Of a DNA stretch of 64,000 bases, positions 45,847 through 56,645 are shown in pieces; the first letter of the stretch is position 1; every line of letters starts with the position of its first letter. This DNA comes from Minisyncoccia bacterium. Lineage in GTDB: Bacteria > Patescibacteriota > Minisyncoccia > Phycocordibacterales > UBA9973. The position numbers were made by a program, and so were the translations under genes. Location of the stretch: assembly GCA_041737125.1 (NCBI GenBank), contig JBGSSJ010000014.1, positions 68,375-132,374 on the forward strand, given 5' to 3'. Below the pieces are notes generated by a model. That model was not told the DNA's origin, ran no database searches, and worked only from the letters and a program-made list of their open reading frames with translations.

Positions 45847-47319
45847 ATGGCACACGGCGAAGTAGTAATACGTTTCGAGAACGTATCATTTGAATATGGA
45901 CACAATAAACACATTCTAGATAATGTGGATTTTTCTATTCGTCGTGGTATGAAGGTGACTATCATGGGGCAGAATGGTGCAGGGAAGAGTACAATCTTCT
46001 CTCTTATTACCGGCGCGAATACTCCTGAAGATGGCCAAGTGCACCTCGCTCAGAGGACTACTATCGCACACTCTCGCCAAGTCATCCCTCGCGATGAACT
46101 CGACCTCACAGTCCGCGCATTCTTCGAGAAATGCTTCAAAGAGAAAGTTTACGACATAGATCCACGTATTGATGAAGTGCTCGAAGTTGTGAACCTAAAA
46201 GGCCACGAAAAGGTCCATGACCGCATAGTGAAGTCTTTCTCTGGTGGCCAGCAAGCACGCCTACTCCTCGCATCTGCACTTATCCAAGCACCAGACATAC
46301 TACTACTCGATGAGCCGACGAATAATCTCGACAAAGCAGGTATTGCACACTTAACAGACTTCCTCGTTAAATACAAGAAGACCGTTCTAGTCATTTCTCA
46401 CGATGCGCATTTCTTAAATGCATTTACTGACGCCGTGCTGTATCTCGATGTATACACAAGGAAGATCGAGCAATACGTCGGGAACTATACAGATGTACGC
46501 GATCAGATAGCCGCTCGTATGGAGCGCGAGAATAGGAAGAATGCACTCCTATCGAAAGAAATTCAAGCGAAGAAAGATCAAGCGAATGCTTTCGCGATGA
46601 AAGGAGGTAATCTCCGTGCAGTAGCGAAAAGAATGCGCGACCTAGCCGAAGAACTCGAAGAAGAGAAGGTGGACGTAAGGAAAGAAGACAAAACTATTAA
46701 AAATTTTATTATTCCTGCACAGCCCGACCAGATAGGTGACATAGTAGTGCTCACTTCTGTAGGGATATTAAAAAACGGCAAACCAAAGAAAGTGAAAGTA
46801 AATATAAAGCTCAGGAAGAACAAGCACTTACTACTCTCAGGTCCAAACGGCATAGGGAAGAGTACATTACTCGAAGCTCTCGCAAGTGGGAAGGCTGAAG
46901 GTGCAGACATTACAGCTGGGGTCCGAGTCGGCTACTATAGGCAGGATTTCTCGACGCTTAATTTCAATGACACTGTCTATGAATCACTTGCTGATGTATC
47001 TCGCAAAGTCACAGGTAGAGTAGACGAAGAGAAGATCCGTGCAGTAGCCGCAGGATTCCTGATAGTAGGGGATATGGTTCATACGAAAATAGGAAGCCTA
47101 TCCGAAGGGCAGAAGGGCTTGGTGGCATTCGCACGACTAGTACTCGAAGCACCCGGATTACTCATACTCGATGAGCCGACGAATCATATAAACTTCCGTC
47201 ACTTACCAGTGATAGCTAAAGCTCTCGACTCCTACATGGGTGCGATGATCCTAGTATCGCACGTGCCAGAATTCGTAGAACAGATTCGCATAGATGAGAC
47301 ACTCGATCTCGATAAATAA
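45847..47319 (+). CDS. ABC-F family ATPase
   Basis: Two ABC domains (GQNGAGKST, GPNGIGKST; LDEPTN twice) and no TM. Confidence 0.92.
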   Translation: MAHGEVVIRFENVSFEYGHNKHILDNVDFSIRRGMKVTIMGQNGAGKSTIFSLITGANTPEDGQVHLAQRTTIAHSRQVIPRDELDLTVRAFFEKCFKEKVYDIDPRIDEVLEVVNLKGHEKVHDRIVKSFSGGQQARLLLASALIQAPDILLLDEPTNNLDKAGIAHLTDFLVKYKKTVLVISHDAHFLNAFTDAVLYLDVYTRKIEQYVGNYTDVRDQIAARMERENRKNALLSKEIQAKKDQANAFAMKGGNLRAVAKRMRDLAEELEEEKVDVRKEDKTIKNFIIPAQPDQIGDIVVLTSVGILKNGKPKKVKVNIKLRKNKHLLLSGPNGIGKSTLLEALASGKAEGADITAGVRVGYYRQDFSTLNFNDTVYESLADVSRKVTGRVDEEKIRAVAAGFLIVGDMVHTKIGSLSEGQKGLVAFARLVLEAPGLLILDEPTNHINFRHLPVIAKALDSYMGAMILVSHVPEFVEQIRIDETLDLDK

Positions 47320-47323
47320 AAAT

Positions 47324-47830
47324 ATGAAAAAAATTGTCGTAAACGATGCATTCCAGAAGAATTATTCTTACACACTTTCCGAACCTATGGGGAAGAATTT
47401 CGATAAGGAATTTAAGCCTGACTTAACTCCGAAGCAAATGCTTGGGCTTGGTGTGTTTGGTGGTGTATATTTCCATGATGAACCGAAAGAGATACCAAAG
47501 GCGTGGTTTAAAAAAGCGAAGCAGTCGCCCGATGGCAAACAGCATAAAGAATTAAATTACTTTGGAGTGCTCGCAAGTCAACCCCTCTCTGTCTGGCAGA
47601 AGAAAGGATGGATATACAAAGATGATCCACGTGGATGGTTCCAGTGGTATGTGCGATATTATCTAGGTAGGAGAATAAAGGAAGAAGATGCTCGCCAAAT
47701 AAAAAGATGGAAAGCTATAAGTAGGCATGTAGCTCAAGTAGCAAAGAATTGTAGAGTAGGGGACATTAATTGCCGTCCACGCCAACGCCAAGCCCTCCTC
47801 CATTGGGCTTATGATAGTAGGAAGATATAG
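47324..47830 (+). CDS. Conserved hypothetical protein
   Basis: LTPKQMLGLGVFGG, DPRGWFQWY.RYY.GRR, RQALLHWAYD. Confidence 0.85.
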   Translation: MKKIVVNDAFQKNYSYTLSEPMGKNFDKEFKPDLTPKQMLGLGVFGGVYFHDEPKEIPKAWFKKAKQSPDGKQHKELNYFGVLASQPLSVWQKKGWIYKDDPRGWFQWYVRYYLGRRIKEEDARQIKRWKAISRHVAQVAKNCRVGDINCRPRQRQALLHWAYDSRKI

Positions 47831-49882
47831 TTATTTATTACCTTTTGCTAAGCCATCTTGGTACATTTTTGTATCGGCTGATCTACTGTAACGAGGTCCT
47901 ACGTGTTCTGGTAGTTTTTCAAGACCTGTAATACTAATACTAGTATTATTTTTTAATTTTTTTTCATAAGTATTTACTAACGCATATTCCTGAGTTGCTA
48001 TCTCTTCTTTTAATAGATCTATATTTTTGTTTTTATTATTACCAAGGGTGTTAATAATTCCTTGTATCTTTATTTTATTTTCTCTATAATTTTTGTTTAG
48101 GGCTGTCATTGCTTTTTGTAATGCTGTTTTGTCTTCTTGATATCTTGTATTTAGTTTTTGAATTTCCATAATTAAGACATCTCTATTTAAACTCTCTTCT
48201 CCTGTTTGCACTTCATCAGGTGTGCTAATTTTTTTAGCAGAAATTTTTTCTTTTAAAGATTCTTCAATTACCTTATATTCTTTATCTAATTTTTCAATCT
48301 TTTGTTCCAAATTTTCCTTATTTATTTTGTATGATGAATCGTATGCTGCAATTTTTTCATTTAGATTTTTTTCTATATTTTTCTCATCTTCAATATAACT
48401 TTTTAATTCAGATATATATTTTTTTGTATCCTCTACATTTGCTGTTAATCTCGTTATGTTTTCCTTAAGCTTTTCTTGATAATAAGTATCAAAGATTGTT
48501 CTTATATCTTCAAGAGATAATACTTTGATACCTTCTTTTGTTCTCATTCTTATTTCAAAATTTATATTTTGTTCTCTTGCTATTGATTCTAAACGAGTAA
48601 GATTATCATTTGTTACATTCTGCAATTCTTCATCAGTTTGCCATATCATTAAGTTGTTTTCATTTGATTTGAAGCTAAATTCGTTCTTCTCGGACAAAAC
48701 TTTAATCGCAATATCAATAGCGTATTCTTTACCATCTCTAGAAGATTTTAGTTCAAGAATCTTCTGTGCTGCTTCTTTAGAATTTTTCACCGTAAATCTA
48801 CCTTCAATTGTAGAAGCAAATCCTATTATTTCGAAAGGCTTTTCTTGGTTTAAACTCTCTATCTCTTTTGCAACAGCCTGTCTGTCATTATTCATAGAAC
48901 TACTGAGGTCCAAAAGCAATTTTACATTCTGGGCTTTCTCTAAGCTTGTAGAATCTTTTACTTCCGGAGTTTTCTGGTTGGGGATAGCAAGCTCGAGCGT
49001 GACAAAGCGCATGTTCTTATAAGCTTCTAAAAGCTTGGATTCATTACCTGGTTTATTTAATTCTGCCCATTGTTCAGTGCTATAATTTAGTTGATGATAA
49101 TCAATTACTCCACCAGGTGGTATATCTACTCCTATGTTTTGCAATTTCTCTTTAACACTTTTTAGTTTTTCTTGAGTTAAATTACTATTTTCTATATTAT
49201 AACTTTTTATTATTCCCATAGCCTCCTTCGCGCGAGCTTCTGCTAGTCCAACGTTTCCATTCTCGTATGAATTAGTCGGTCTTGGGTCACAACTTACACG
49301 CAAAGTAACTTCTTTTTTTAAGAATTCATCTACATTACTCATATCTAAATTATCTGTATATTGGGATATAAGTCTAAGCATTTCTTTTGCATCCTCGGGT
49401 GAGATGTTTGCTTTATCTGTCTCGAAATAATTTGCTAGTTTTATCTGTACTCTGTCTGCTGTTTTAACAACCTCAGCTTTTAATTTATTTATATCATCCC
49501 TGTTTTCTACTTTATTTTTCTCTTTACCTGTAAAAGTCTCGTCGGCTGTGGCTCCTTTAGCAAGGTTGGGGAATAGACTGGAAATTAATACACTAGCAGC
49601 AACTGACATGTTAGTAAATTTTTTAAAAAGTTTTGCCACTTTGCCAGTCTCTGATTTTACACCTGGAGTTTTTGCTTTTTCAATATTGGTATTTACTATA
49701 ACAGGCTCATCAGGAGGATATTTTTCAATTACGCCTTGTTTTGCTATAGCAATTGCTTGTTCTTTTTCTAATTTACTTAAAACAGCCTCAGGTTTTGCTC
49801 CAGATTCATTTTTTTTAGGAGATTCTTTGTTTCTAGCAACTTTATTTTCTCCATGCTCTAAATTTTTTTTCTTTTCTATCAT
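47831..49882 (-). CDS. Membrane protein with OmpA-like domain, vWA domain and coiled coil
   Basis: TM; YFETDKANI..GNVGLAEARA; LLLDLSSSM (MIDAS DxSxS); long heptad-rich tail. Confidence 0.65.
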   Translation of the reverse strand: MIEKKKNLEHGENKVARNKESPKKNESGAKPEAVLSKLEKEQAIAIAKQGVIEKYPPDEPVIVNTNIEKAKTPGVKSETGKVAKLFKKFTNMSVAASVLISSLFPNLAKGATADETFTGKEKNKVENRDDINKLKAEVVKTADRVQIKLANYFETDKANISPEDAKEMLRLISQYTDNLDMSNVDEFLKKEVTLRVSCDPRPTNSYENGNVGLAEARAKEAMGIIKSYNIENSNLTQEKLKSVKEKLQNIGVDIPPGGVIDYHQLNYSTEQWAELNKPGNESKLLEAYKNMRFVTLELAIPNQKTPEVKDSTSLEKAQNVKLLLDLSSSMNNDRQAVAKEIESLNQEKPFEIIGFASTIEGRFTVKNSKEAAQKILELKSSRDGKEYAIDIAIKVLSEKNEFSFKSNENNLMIWQTDEELQNVTNDNLTRLESIAREQNINFEIRMRTKEGIKVLSLEDIRTIFDTYYQEKLKENITRLTANVEDTKKYISELKSYIEDEKNIEKNLNEKIAAYDSSYKINKENLEQKIEKLDKEYKVIEESLKEKISAKKISTPDEVQTGEESLNRDVLIMEIQKLNTRYQEDKTALQKAMTALNKNYRENKIKIQGIINTLGNNKNKNIDLLKEEIATQEYALVNTYEKKLKNNTSISITGLEKLPEHVGPRYSRSADTKMYQDGLAKGNK

Positions 49883-50104
49883 TTATTTTTCAGGTTCCTT
49901 ATAAAACACTGATTTTATTTTTTCTAAGTCGTCTGCCTCTGGAAGAGGATTTTCGTAATATATATCAGAATCTTTGAGTGGTTCAGGAATCTCTGCTGGG
50001 GCACTTTGTGATACGTATTCATTATTACCACCATTCTTTCTATCTTCTGGTGATATTTTTTTTTCTGGGCCACTTGTATTAAAAAAATTCTCAAATATAG
50101 ACAT
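49883..50104 (-). CDS. Small hypothetical protein
   Basis: Stop codon abuts the next ATG. Confidence 0.55.
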   Translation of the reverse strand: MSIFENFFNTSGPEKKISPEDRKNGGNNEYVSQSAPAEIPEPLKDSDIYYENPLPEADDLEKIKSVFYKEPEK

Positions 50105-50188
50105 ATTATTATAAGATTATATTGTAATGTGCATATTATATCACGCTATTATTAGCTTGGCTAGTAAGGTGTATGATATAATCTCTAC

Positions 50189-50803
50189 ATGAAAGACGAG
50201 AAGAAACATTTAAAAAGAGAGAAGAACATCCTCTATACCGGCTTTGGCGATAAAGGTACGACTACTCTTTATGGCAAGAACAGGGAGCGCGTATCGAAAA
50301 GCTCACATATTATAGAGGCCCTGGGCTCCGTAGATGAACTAAATGCATATCTGGGTGTAGTTAAGGTTTATTCAGAGAAAGATAATCTCTCCATAAAGAT
50401 AGGATCTAAAAAAGTTATGTATACGAGTATTATAGGTGACATACAGCAAGTGCTATTCATCGTGCAAGCCGAGCTTGCAGGTTCTGATATGACAGTAGGT
50501 AAAGCGCCACTAAATGATATAGAGAAAGTTATCGAGAGTATAAGCGACTTACTACCTCCGATCACTTCATTCACTATCTCAGGTGGGACTATTGCCGGGG
50601 CGAAGCTCGATGTCGCTCGCACACTTGCACGAAGAGCCGAGCGTAGAATAGTATCTGTTCTTGAAGATAAGATAAGGATAATGGGTGAGGGGACTATTGC
50701 ATACCTCAATCGTTTATCAAGTGTATTATTTGCATTATCTAGATATGCGAACCATTTATCATCTGTTACTGAAGAGCATCCAACTTATTTAAAGAAAAAA
50801 TAA
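50189..50803 (+). CDS. PduO-type ATP:cob(I)alamin adenosyltransferase
   Basis: LYTGFGDKGTT, GSVDELNA, ARTLARRAER, YLNRLSS. Confidence 0.9.
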   Translation: MKDEKKHLKREKNILYTGFGDKGTTTLYGKNRERVSKSSHIIEALGSVDELNAYLGVVKVYSEKDNLSIKIGSKKVMYTSIIGDIQQVLFIVQAELAGSDMTVGKAPLNDIEKVIESISDLLPPITSFTISGGTIAGAKLDVARTLARRAERRIVSVLEDKIRIMGEGTIAYLNRLSSVLFALSRYANHLSSVTEEHPTYLKKK

Positions 50804-50804
50804 T

Positions 50805-51728
50805 ATGAAAATTTTCAAAAATATAAACGGTCCACTGCTTATTATTATTGCTGCGACCCTGTGGGCTCTTGATGGGGTAATCCGAAGGAATCTCTACAGT
50901 CTGCCACCTATCACTATTATATTCTTCGAACATATTATAGGGCTTGCTATACTTCTACCTTTTGTAATTAAAAGTCTGAAAATTGAACGACCGAGCAAGC
51001 GTGAAATGTGGCTACTACTTCTCATTGCCGTACTAAGCGGACTACTTGGTACGCTATGGTTTACAACAGCATTACTCAAAGTGCATTTCATATCATTCTC
51101 CGTCGTCTTCCTCATACAGAAGCTCCAGCCAATATTCGCTATAACTACAGCTTCTATATTCCTCAAAGAGAAGCTAGATCGGCGCTATATAAAGTGGGCA
51201 GTGCTCGCACTCATTGGTGCATTCTTCGTGACATTCCCGAACGGTCAGGTGAACTTATCTACAGGAGAGGGTACAATCATCGCTGCTCTCTACGCGCTAG
51301 GGGCTGCATTTGCTTGGGGGTCTTCTACTACATTTTCTAAAATGGTGCTTACGAAGCTATCCTACAAAGTCAGCACTTTCTACCGCTTCCTCTTCACTAG
51401 TATCATCGCGTTCATCATCATAATGGTCCTGGGTTATAGTCCGTCACTATCTCTGCCGACGATGCCACAGCTAGGATTGTTCTTCGTCATTGCTTTATCG
51501 ACGGGGCTTGTGGCACTTATGATATACTACAGAGGACTTTCGAAAACTTCAGTTCATGTCGCTACAATTCTTGAGCTTATGTTCCCACTCATCGCAATCA
51601 TCATAGATATGACTATCTATGACACCACACTTTCATTCTCACAATACCTTGCAACTTGTGTATTATTAATATCTATTTATAAAATCTCTAAATTAAAGTC
51701 CGATGATATTCGTTTCCAAGCAAATTAA
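50805..51728 (+). CDS. DMT/EamA family transporter
   Basis: 10-TM two-repeat pattern; QKLQPIF..LKEK. Confidence 0.88.
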   Translation: MKIFKNINGPLLIIIAATLWALDGVIRRNLYSLPPITIIFFEHIIGLAILLPFVIKSLKIERPSKREMWLLLLIAVLSGLLGTLWFTTALLKVHFISFSVVFLIQKLQPIFAITTASIFLKEKLDRRYIKWAVLALIGAFFVTFPNGQVNLSTGEGTIIAALYALGAAFAWGSSTTFSKMVLTKLSYKVSTFYRFLFTSIIAFIIIMVLGYSPSLSLPTMPQLGLFFVIALSTGLVALMIYYRGLSKTSVHVATILELMFPLIAIIIDMTIYDTTLSFSQYLATCVLLISIYKISKLKSDDIRFQAN

Positions 51729-52077
51729 AGGCAAAGGCAGGGGAGTCAAAATCGGCTTTCCTACTATTAACATGCGCATACCCGATGACTTTATACTTGA
51801 TGAAGGTATCTATTCTGCATGGGTAGCAATTCACAATAAGACATACAAAGGCGCCCTTCACTATGGACCAGTACCGACTTTCGGTGAGAAAGAGGTGAAC
51901 TTGGAAGTTTTCTTGATTGATGTCACAAGTAGTGACTTCCCAGATATAGACAAGGATACGGATATAGAGGTAGATATTGTTTCTTTTGTTCGTGATGTGA
52001 AGAAGTTCACAAATGTAGAAGATCTCACTATACAGATAGATTATGATGTGAATAATATTCGTAGCATTCTAAGCTAA
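51703..52077 (+). CDS. Stand-alone riboflavin kinase domain
   Basis: GKGRGVKIGFPTIN, GIY, GPVPTF, LEVFLID, RDVKKF. Confidence 0.85.
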   Translation: MIFVSKQIKGKGRGVKIGFPTINMRIPDDFILDEGIYSAWVAIHNKTYKGALHYGPVPTFGEKEVNLEVFLIDVTSSDFPDIDKDTDIEVDIVSFVRDVKKFTNVEDLTIQIDYDVNNIRSILS

Positions 52078-53724
52078 TTACTTATTACACCCTTCGTCCA
52101 CCGGTACTTTCACGAAAGTGAATAATTGTTTACACAAATCTTGTATCGTATCTTTCCTTTTATACACATGATCTTCCCCAACGTATGCCACTAGTTCTAC
52201 CTTTTTCTTTTCTTCTTTTAATTTGTCATACATGAGTGTCGCTTGAGTGTAAGGGATAGTCCTATCTGAGACGCCTGAGATAATAGAGATCCTCTGCTTC
52301 TTTATATTGTCTACTTTGTCTAATATTGAGGCTTTCTTGTATAAATCTTTGTTAGCTTCATTTGGTGCACCATTAAAATGCACGTTGAATATTGAAGTTT
52401 GCATATCATTTAGTAATTTCTCCCAATCAGTGACACCATTTATAGATACAACTCCAGCAAATGCACTCGGATGCTCAACTAGTGCTCGGAGTGCCATGTA
52501 CCCACCATAGCTATTACCCATGAGGTATACATCAGTTACTCCGTACTTATTCTTTGTATAAGTGATAGCTGTCATGATATCTTCTGTATCTCCTATACCA
52601 ACTGTATTCTTGATACCTTCAGAATATGTACGACCGAAGCCAAAGCTTCCTCTGTAGTCGAGTTTGAGAACCATCACATCATTCTTCCGGAGTAATTCTA
52701 GGATAGAATCATAAGTACCATAACTATGAAATGGGTGATAGCCGTAGCTCGTCTGCCTATATGGTCCACCGTGTAGCCATATGACGAGTGGGTAGCTTCG
52801 AGCAAAAGTATCAGGATCGGGCTTCATGATCACTCCTTTGATTGTGTCATGTTTTATAATTTCTTGCTTTAGGATATTTGTATTTTGTTTTATGTAGGGA
52901 GTTTGGAATTGTTTGATAGCTTTCGTCTTTACATTGTATGCTTTCGGACTATAGCCATCCTCTTGGAGGTGATTGTATATAATATTGGAACCAATTTTTA
53001 CCAATGGATCACTATAAGACACCATTGTGTCTAGTACTGTCTCTTCCTTTCTACTTAAATCATAACGATAAAGCGACCACATGTAAGGATTACTCTTATC
53101 ATTACCGATATAGTATATAGTGTCGTTATCAGTAAAAATGAAGTCGTCTACTTGTAATGCACTAGTATTTATCTTCGTACTGTTCCAGCCTTCAGTTTTC
53201 AATCTAGTAGTATCTACGATGTATAGAGCAAAGGCTCCATCTGTATCATCTGTATAAATGAGTTTCTTGTCATTGGGGGAGAATGCATAGACTCTTGCTT
53301 GCTCGGAAACTAGATCCCAGTAAGTGGAAGTTTTAGTTTGGGTATATTCCTTCTTTGTCTTTACATCTTTTATACCGAAAGTACGAGTATCTCTACCTTC
53401 TTTATTCCTTATATAGTATGCGACCCATTTGGAAGTATTAGAGAGAGTGAGGTGGTTCGCTCCTTTATTATAGAGCTCACGTCGTAATGTGGTAGAGATG
53501 GATGAAGGTTTGCTTTTGCTTATCGTCTCTTTGGTCGTCTTTGTACATACGAAAGTATTTACATTACATAGATATCTCTCTTTGGCTTCTATCTTGTTGT
53601 ATTCTACTAATATGTGGGTATTATTTTTGTCTATTATCGTGCTGTAATTTATATCTAGAGCTTCGCTTTTGTTATATACAAAAAGTATGAGGGCTATTAT
53701 AAGTAGGTATTTGTATTTAATCAT
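52078..53724 (-). CDS. Secreted S9 (prolyl oligopeptidase-like) peptidase
   Basis: WLHGGP, DYRGSFGFG, GNSYGG, D..H triad. Confidence 0.9.
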   Translation of the reverse strand: MIKYKYLLIIALILFVYNKSEALDINYSTIIDKNNTHILVEYNKIEAKERYLCNVNTFVCTKTTKETISKSKPSSISTTLRRELYNKGANHLTLSNTSKWVAYYIRNKEGRDTRTFGIKDVKTKKEYTQTKTSTYWDLVSEQARVYAFSPNDKKLIYTDDTDGAFALYIVDTTRLKTEGWNSTKINTSALQVDDFIFTDNDTIYYIGNDKSNPYMWSLYRYDLSRKEETVLDTMVSYSDPLVKIGSNIIYNHLQEDGYSPKAYNVKTKAIKQFQTPYIKQNTNILKQEIIKHDTIKGVIMKPDPDTFARSYPLVIWLHGGPYRQTSYGYHPFHSYGTYDSILELLRKNDVMVLKLDYRGSFGFGRTYSEGIKNTVGIGDTEDIMTAITYTKNKYGVTDVYLMGNSYGGYMALRALVEHPSAFAGVVSINGVTDWEKLLNDMQTSIFNVHFNGAPNEANKDLYKKASILDKVDNIKKQRISIISGVSDRTIPYTQATLMYDKLKEEKKKVELVAYVGEDHVYKRKDTIQDLCKQLFTFVKVPVDEGCNK

Positions 53725-53746
53725 ATATACATAGTATTATATATGC

Positions 53747-54373
53747 ATGGATAATCAAAGCTTGAGGGACAAAGAATTAGTATTAGTTCAAATACTTTAT
53801 ATATTCATATTACCAATACTACTTCTGTACTATGGTGTCATCTCAGGTGATTATCGTATTGTATTACTCGTTAGTGTAACTGCACTGCTATTCGGCATCA
53901 TTCACCATGCACATTGGACCCATCAAGATTTGGGAATAAAGAAAGATTTTCTGAAAGATTTGATTCCGTACACCCTATTCACTATTGTAGGTGTTGTGTT
54001 TATCCTTTACTTGGGCAGTATTCTACCTACAAGTAGACCGATAGAACAATATAAATGGTGGGAAGATGTGCGATTCCTTTTACTATTTATTCCTATTAGT
54101 GTATTGCAAGAAGTTATCTTCCGTGGAGTGCTCATGCACATGCTACTTCGTGCTTTCCATAACATACCTTTTATTATTATCGTGAATGCTTCTCTTTTTG
54201 CTCTTATACATATTATATACCTCAATGTAAACATTGTATTACCAATTACATTTATTGGGGGGATAGGATTCGCTCTTATGTATTACAAATATCCGAACTT
54301 AATAATGATTTCTATCTCACACACCATATTGAATTTCACTGCAATGATACTAGGCTTCTTCGTCTTGCGTTAA
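53747..54373 (+). CDS. CPBP/Abi intramembrane metalloprotease
   Basis: QEVIFRG, FALIH, SH..LN. Confidence 0.88.
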   Translation: MDNQSLRDKELVLVQILYIFILPILLLYYGVISGDYRIVLLVSVTALLFGIIHHAHWTHQDLGIKKDFLKDLIPYTLFTIVGVVFILYLGSILPTSRPIEQYKWWEDVRFLLLFIPISVLQEVIFRGVLMHMLLRAFHNIPFIIIVNASLFALIHIIYLNVNIVLPITFIGGIGFALMYYKYPNLIMISISHTILNFTAMILGFFVLR

Positions 54374-54441
54374 TATATTTATATTGACAACTTTTTCTAA
54401 ATTTTTAAAATTAATATGTTATCATAAGTTATAGATAAAAT

Positions 54442-55767
54442 ATGCAAAATTTCAATATAAACACATATAAAATAAAGAAAATATTTAGAAGTGCAATATT
54501 TCGTATTGCCCTGGTCAGTTTCATAACCATTATACTTACTTTAGGAATTATTTTCTCCATAGCTTGGCATTATCGAGAACAAGTTTTCGATGTTCTAGCT
54601 GTGCAATACAATAATAAATATAAGCCTGCTCCCCAAACTTTCGTCCTCGATGAAAAGGATGAGTTAGTAGTGGCAGATGAATCAATTATGGCAACTGATA
54701 TTCCAGTAGAAGAGGACACAGTAGTAGGCGCAGTGAAGAAAGCAAAGCCAGCGGTAGTATCTATTGTAGTAAGTAAAGAAATTCCTAAATACGAAATAGC
54801 GTACGAACAGAGGAATGCGACGAATCCATTTGGGGTGCCTATCCCTGATCTTTTCTTGCAGGTTCCGGTACAGAAGCAAGTGGGTACAGAGAGGAAGCAA
54901 ATAGGTAGTGGTTCCGGCTTTTTCATATCTTCCTCTGGCACTATTATTACAAACCGTCATGTGGTCAGTGATAAGACTGCTATATATGAAGTCCAGCTAA
55001 ATAACGGGAAGAAGTATGATGCAGAAGTGCTTGCTCGTGATGGAGTGCTCGATGTAGCTATGATGAAAATTAAAGGCTCCAACTTCCCATATCTAGAATT
55101 GGGTGATTCTGATACTCTCGATGTAGGTGAGAGTGTGATAGCGATAGGTAACTCGCTTGGAGAATTTAAGAACACAGTATCGGTTGGTGTAGTATCGGGG
55201 CTTTCTCGCTCGGTCACTGCGTCGGATAATTCTGGCCAAGTCGAAAGATTAGATAAAGTCATACAAACAGATGCAGCTATTAACCCAGGGAATTCCGGGG
55301 GACCTTTACTTAACCTGAAGGGCCAAGTGATAGGTATCAATGTGGCTATCATTAGAGGGTCTTCAAATGTAGGCTTCGCCTTACCAGTGAATAATGTGAA
55401 GAGTATTATTGATTCCGTAAATAAGACAGGGAAGATAGTGAGGCCTTATGTGGGAGTAAGATATGTAAATGTAACACCGGCACTTAAGACTAAGAATAAT
55501 TTATCTGTTGACTATGGTGTATTAATACAAAGAGGTGAGAATCCGGCTGATATAGCCATAGTTCCTGGTTCACCTGCTGTTAATGCAGGTATTGTGGAAG
55601 GGGATATAATACTTGCGATAGATGGAGTAAAAATTGATGAAGATAACAACTTCACCTCAGTAATTCGTTCGAAGAAAGTAGGTAATACAATAAAAGTTAA
55701 ATTATTATCAAATGGAGTGGAGAGGACCGTGTCTGTAAAGCTCGCCCAAGCCCCAGAAGATCTGTAG
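54442..55767 (+). CDS. htrA: HtrA/DegP-like serine protease with PDZ domain
   Basis: GSGSGF, TNRHV, QTDAAINPGNSGGPL. Confidence 0.93.
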   Translation: MQNFNINTYKIKKIFRSAIFRIALVSFITIILTLGIIFSIAWHYREQVFDVLAVQYNNKYKPAPQTFVLDEKDELVVADESIMATDIPVEEDTVVGAVKKAKPAVVSIVVSKEIPKYEIAYEQRNATNPFGVPIPDLFLQVPVQKQVGTERKQIGSGSGFFISSSGTIITNRHVVSDKTAIYEVQLNNGKKYDAEVLARDGVLDVAMMKIKGSNFPYLELGDSDTLDVGESVIAIGNSLGEFKNTVSVGVVSGLSRSVTASDNSGQVERLDKVIQTDAAINPGNSGGPLLNLKGQVIGINVAIIRGSSNVGFALPVNNVKSIIDSVNKTGKIVRPYVGVRYVNVTPALKTKNNLSVDYGVLIQRGENPADIAIVPGSPAVNAGIVEGDIILAIDGVKIDEDNNFTSVIRSKKVGNTIKVKLLSNGVERTVSVKLAQAPEDL

Positions 55768-55802
55768 TTTGATTATTCATAATAAAGGCATATAATAGTT
55801 CC

Positions 55803-56294
55803 ATGGTAGATCAAGATTCACATAAAAGACCTTCTTGGGATGAATACTTTCTTCAGATGGCTGAAATGATTGGTTCGCGTGGTACTTGTGACCGTGGACA
55901 CGCGGGCGCTGTTATTGTAAAAGATAAAAGAATCCTTTGCACAGGTTATGTGGGTGCTCCGGTAGGTCTTGCTCATTGTGATGATGTCGGCCATGAAATG
56001 CATACTGTTAAGCAAGAAGATGGCACTGAATCTCGCCACTGTATACGCACTGCACACGCAGAACAAAATGCTATAAATAATGCCGCTCGTGTCGGTGTTG
56101 CCGTGGAAGGCGGAACTATGTATTGCAAAATGATACCGTGTTATAAATGTGCGCAGAGTGTTTTAAATTCTGGTATAGTTAGAGTTGTGGCATTGAAAGA
56201 TTATCACGGAGCAGGTAGAACTAAAGAAATATTCAAAGAAGCAGGAATAGAATATGAAATTTTAGGAGAAATGGAAGTTTATAAAGATATGTAA
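55803..56294 (+). CDS. dCMP deaminase (ComEB-like)
   Basis: RPSWDEYF, HAEQNA, PCYKC. Confidence 0.93.
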   Translation: MVDQDSHKRPSWDEYFLQMAEMIGSRGTCDRGHAGAVIVKDKRILCTGYVGAPVGLAHCDDVGHEMHTVKQEDGTESRHCIRTAHAEQNAINNAARVGVAVEGGTMYCKMIPCYKCAQSVLNSGIVRVVALKDYHGAGRTKEIFKEAGIEYEILGEMEVYKDM

Positions 56295-56299
56295 ATATT

Positions 56300-56629
56300 A
56301 TGGTAGATCTCAAAGAACTTCAAAAAGAAGTAATGCGTAATAAAATAGAAAAAGGTTTTAATACTACAGACGTAGCGTTAGAATTTTGTCGTGCACATGA
56401 AGAACTTTCTGAAGCCTTTTCAAAACACAATAAGAATCAAGATGGTGTAGCAGAAGAGTTCGCAGATGTGGCTATATTCCTACTCGGCATGTGTGAGATA
56501 CTTGGTTATGATTTAGAAAAAGAGTTAGTAAGTAAAATGGAAACAAATAAAAATCGTAAATATAAGAAGCTTAAATCTCCAGATGGTAAAGACATTTTTA
56601 TAAGAGAAAAGACAGACATAGACCCATAA
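56300..56629 (+). CDS. MazG-like nucleotide pyrophosphohydrolase
   Basis: EELSEA..EEFADV..KMETNKNR. Confidence 0.88.
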   Translation: MVDLKELQKEVMRNKIEKGFNTTDVALEFCRAHEELSEAFSKHNKNQDGVAEEFADVAIFLLGMCEILGYDLEKELVSKMETNKNRKYKKLKSPDGKDIFIREKTDIDP

Positions 56630-56645
56630 AAAAACTGCTTAATAA

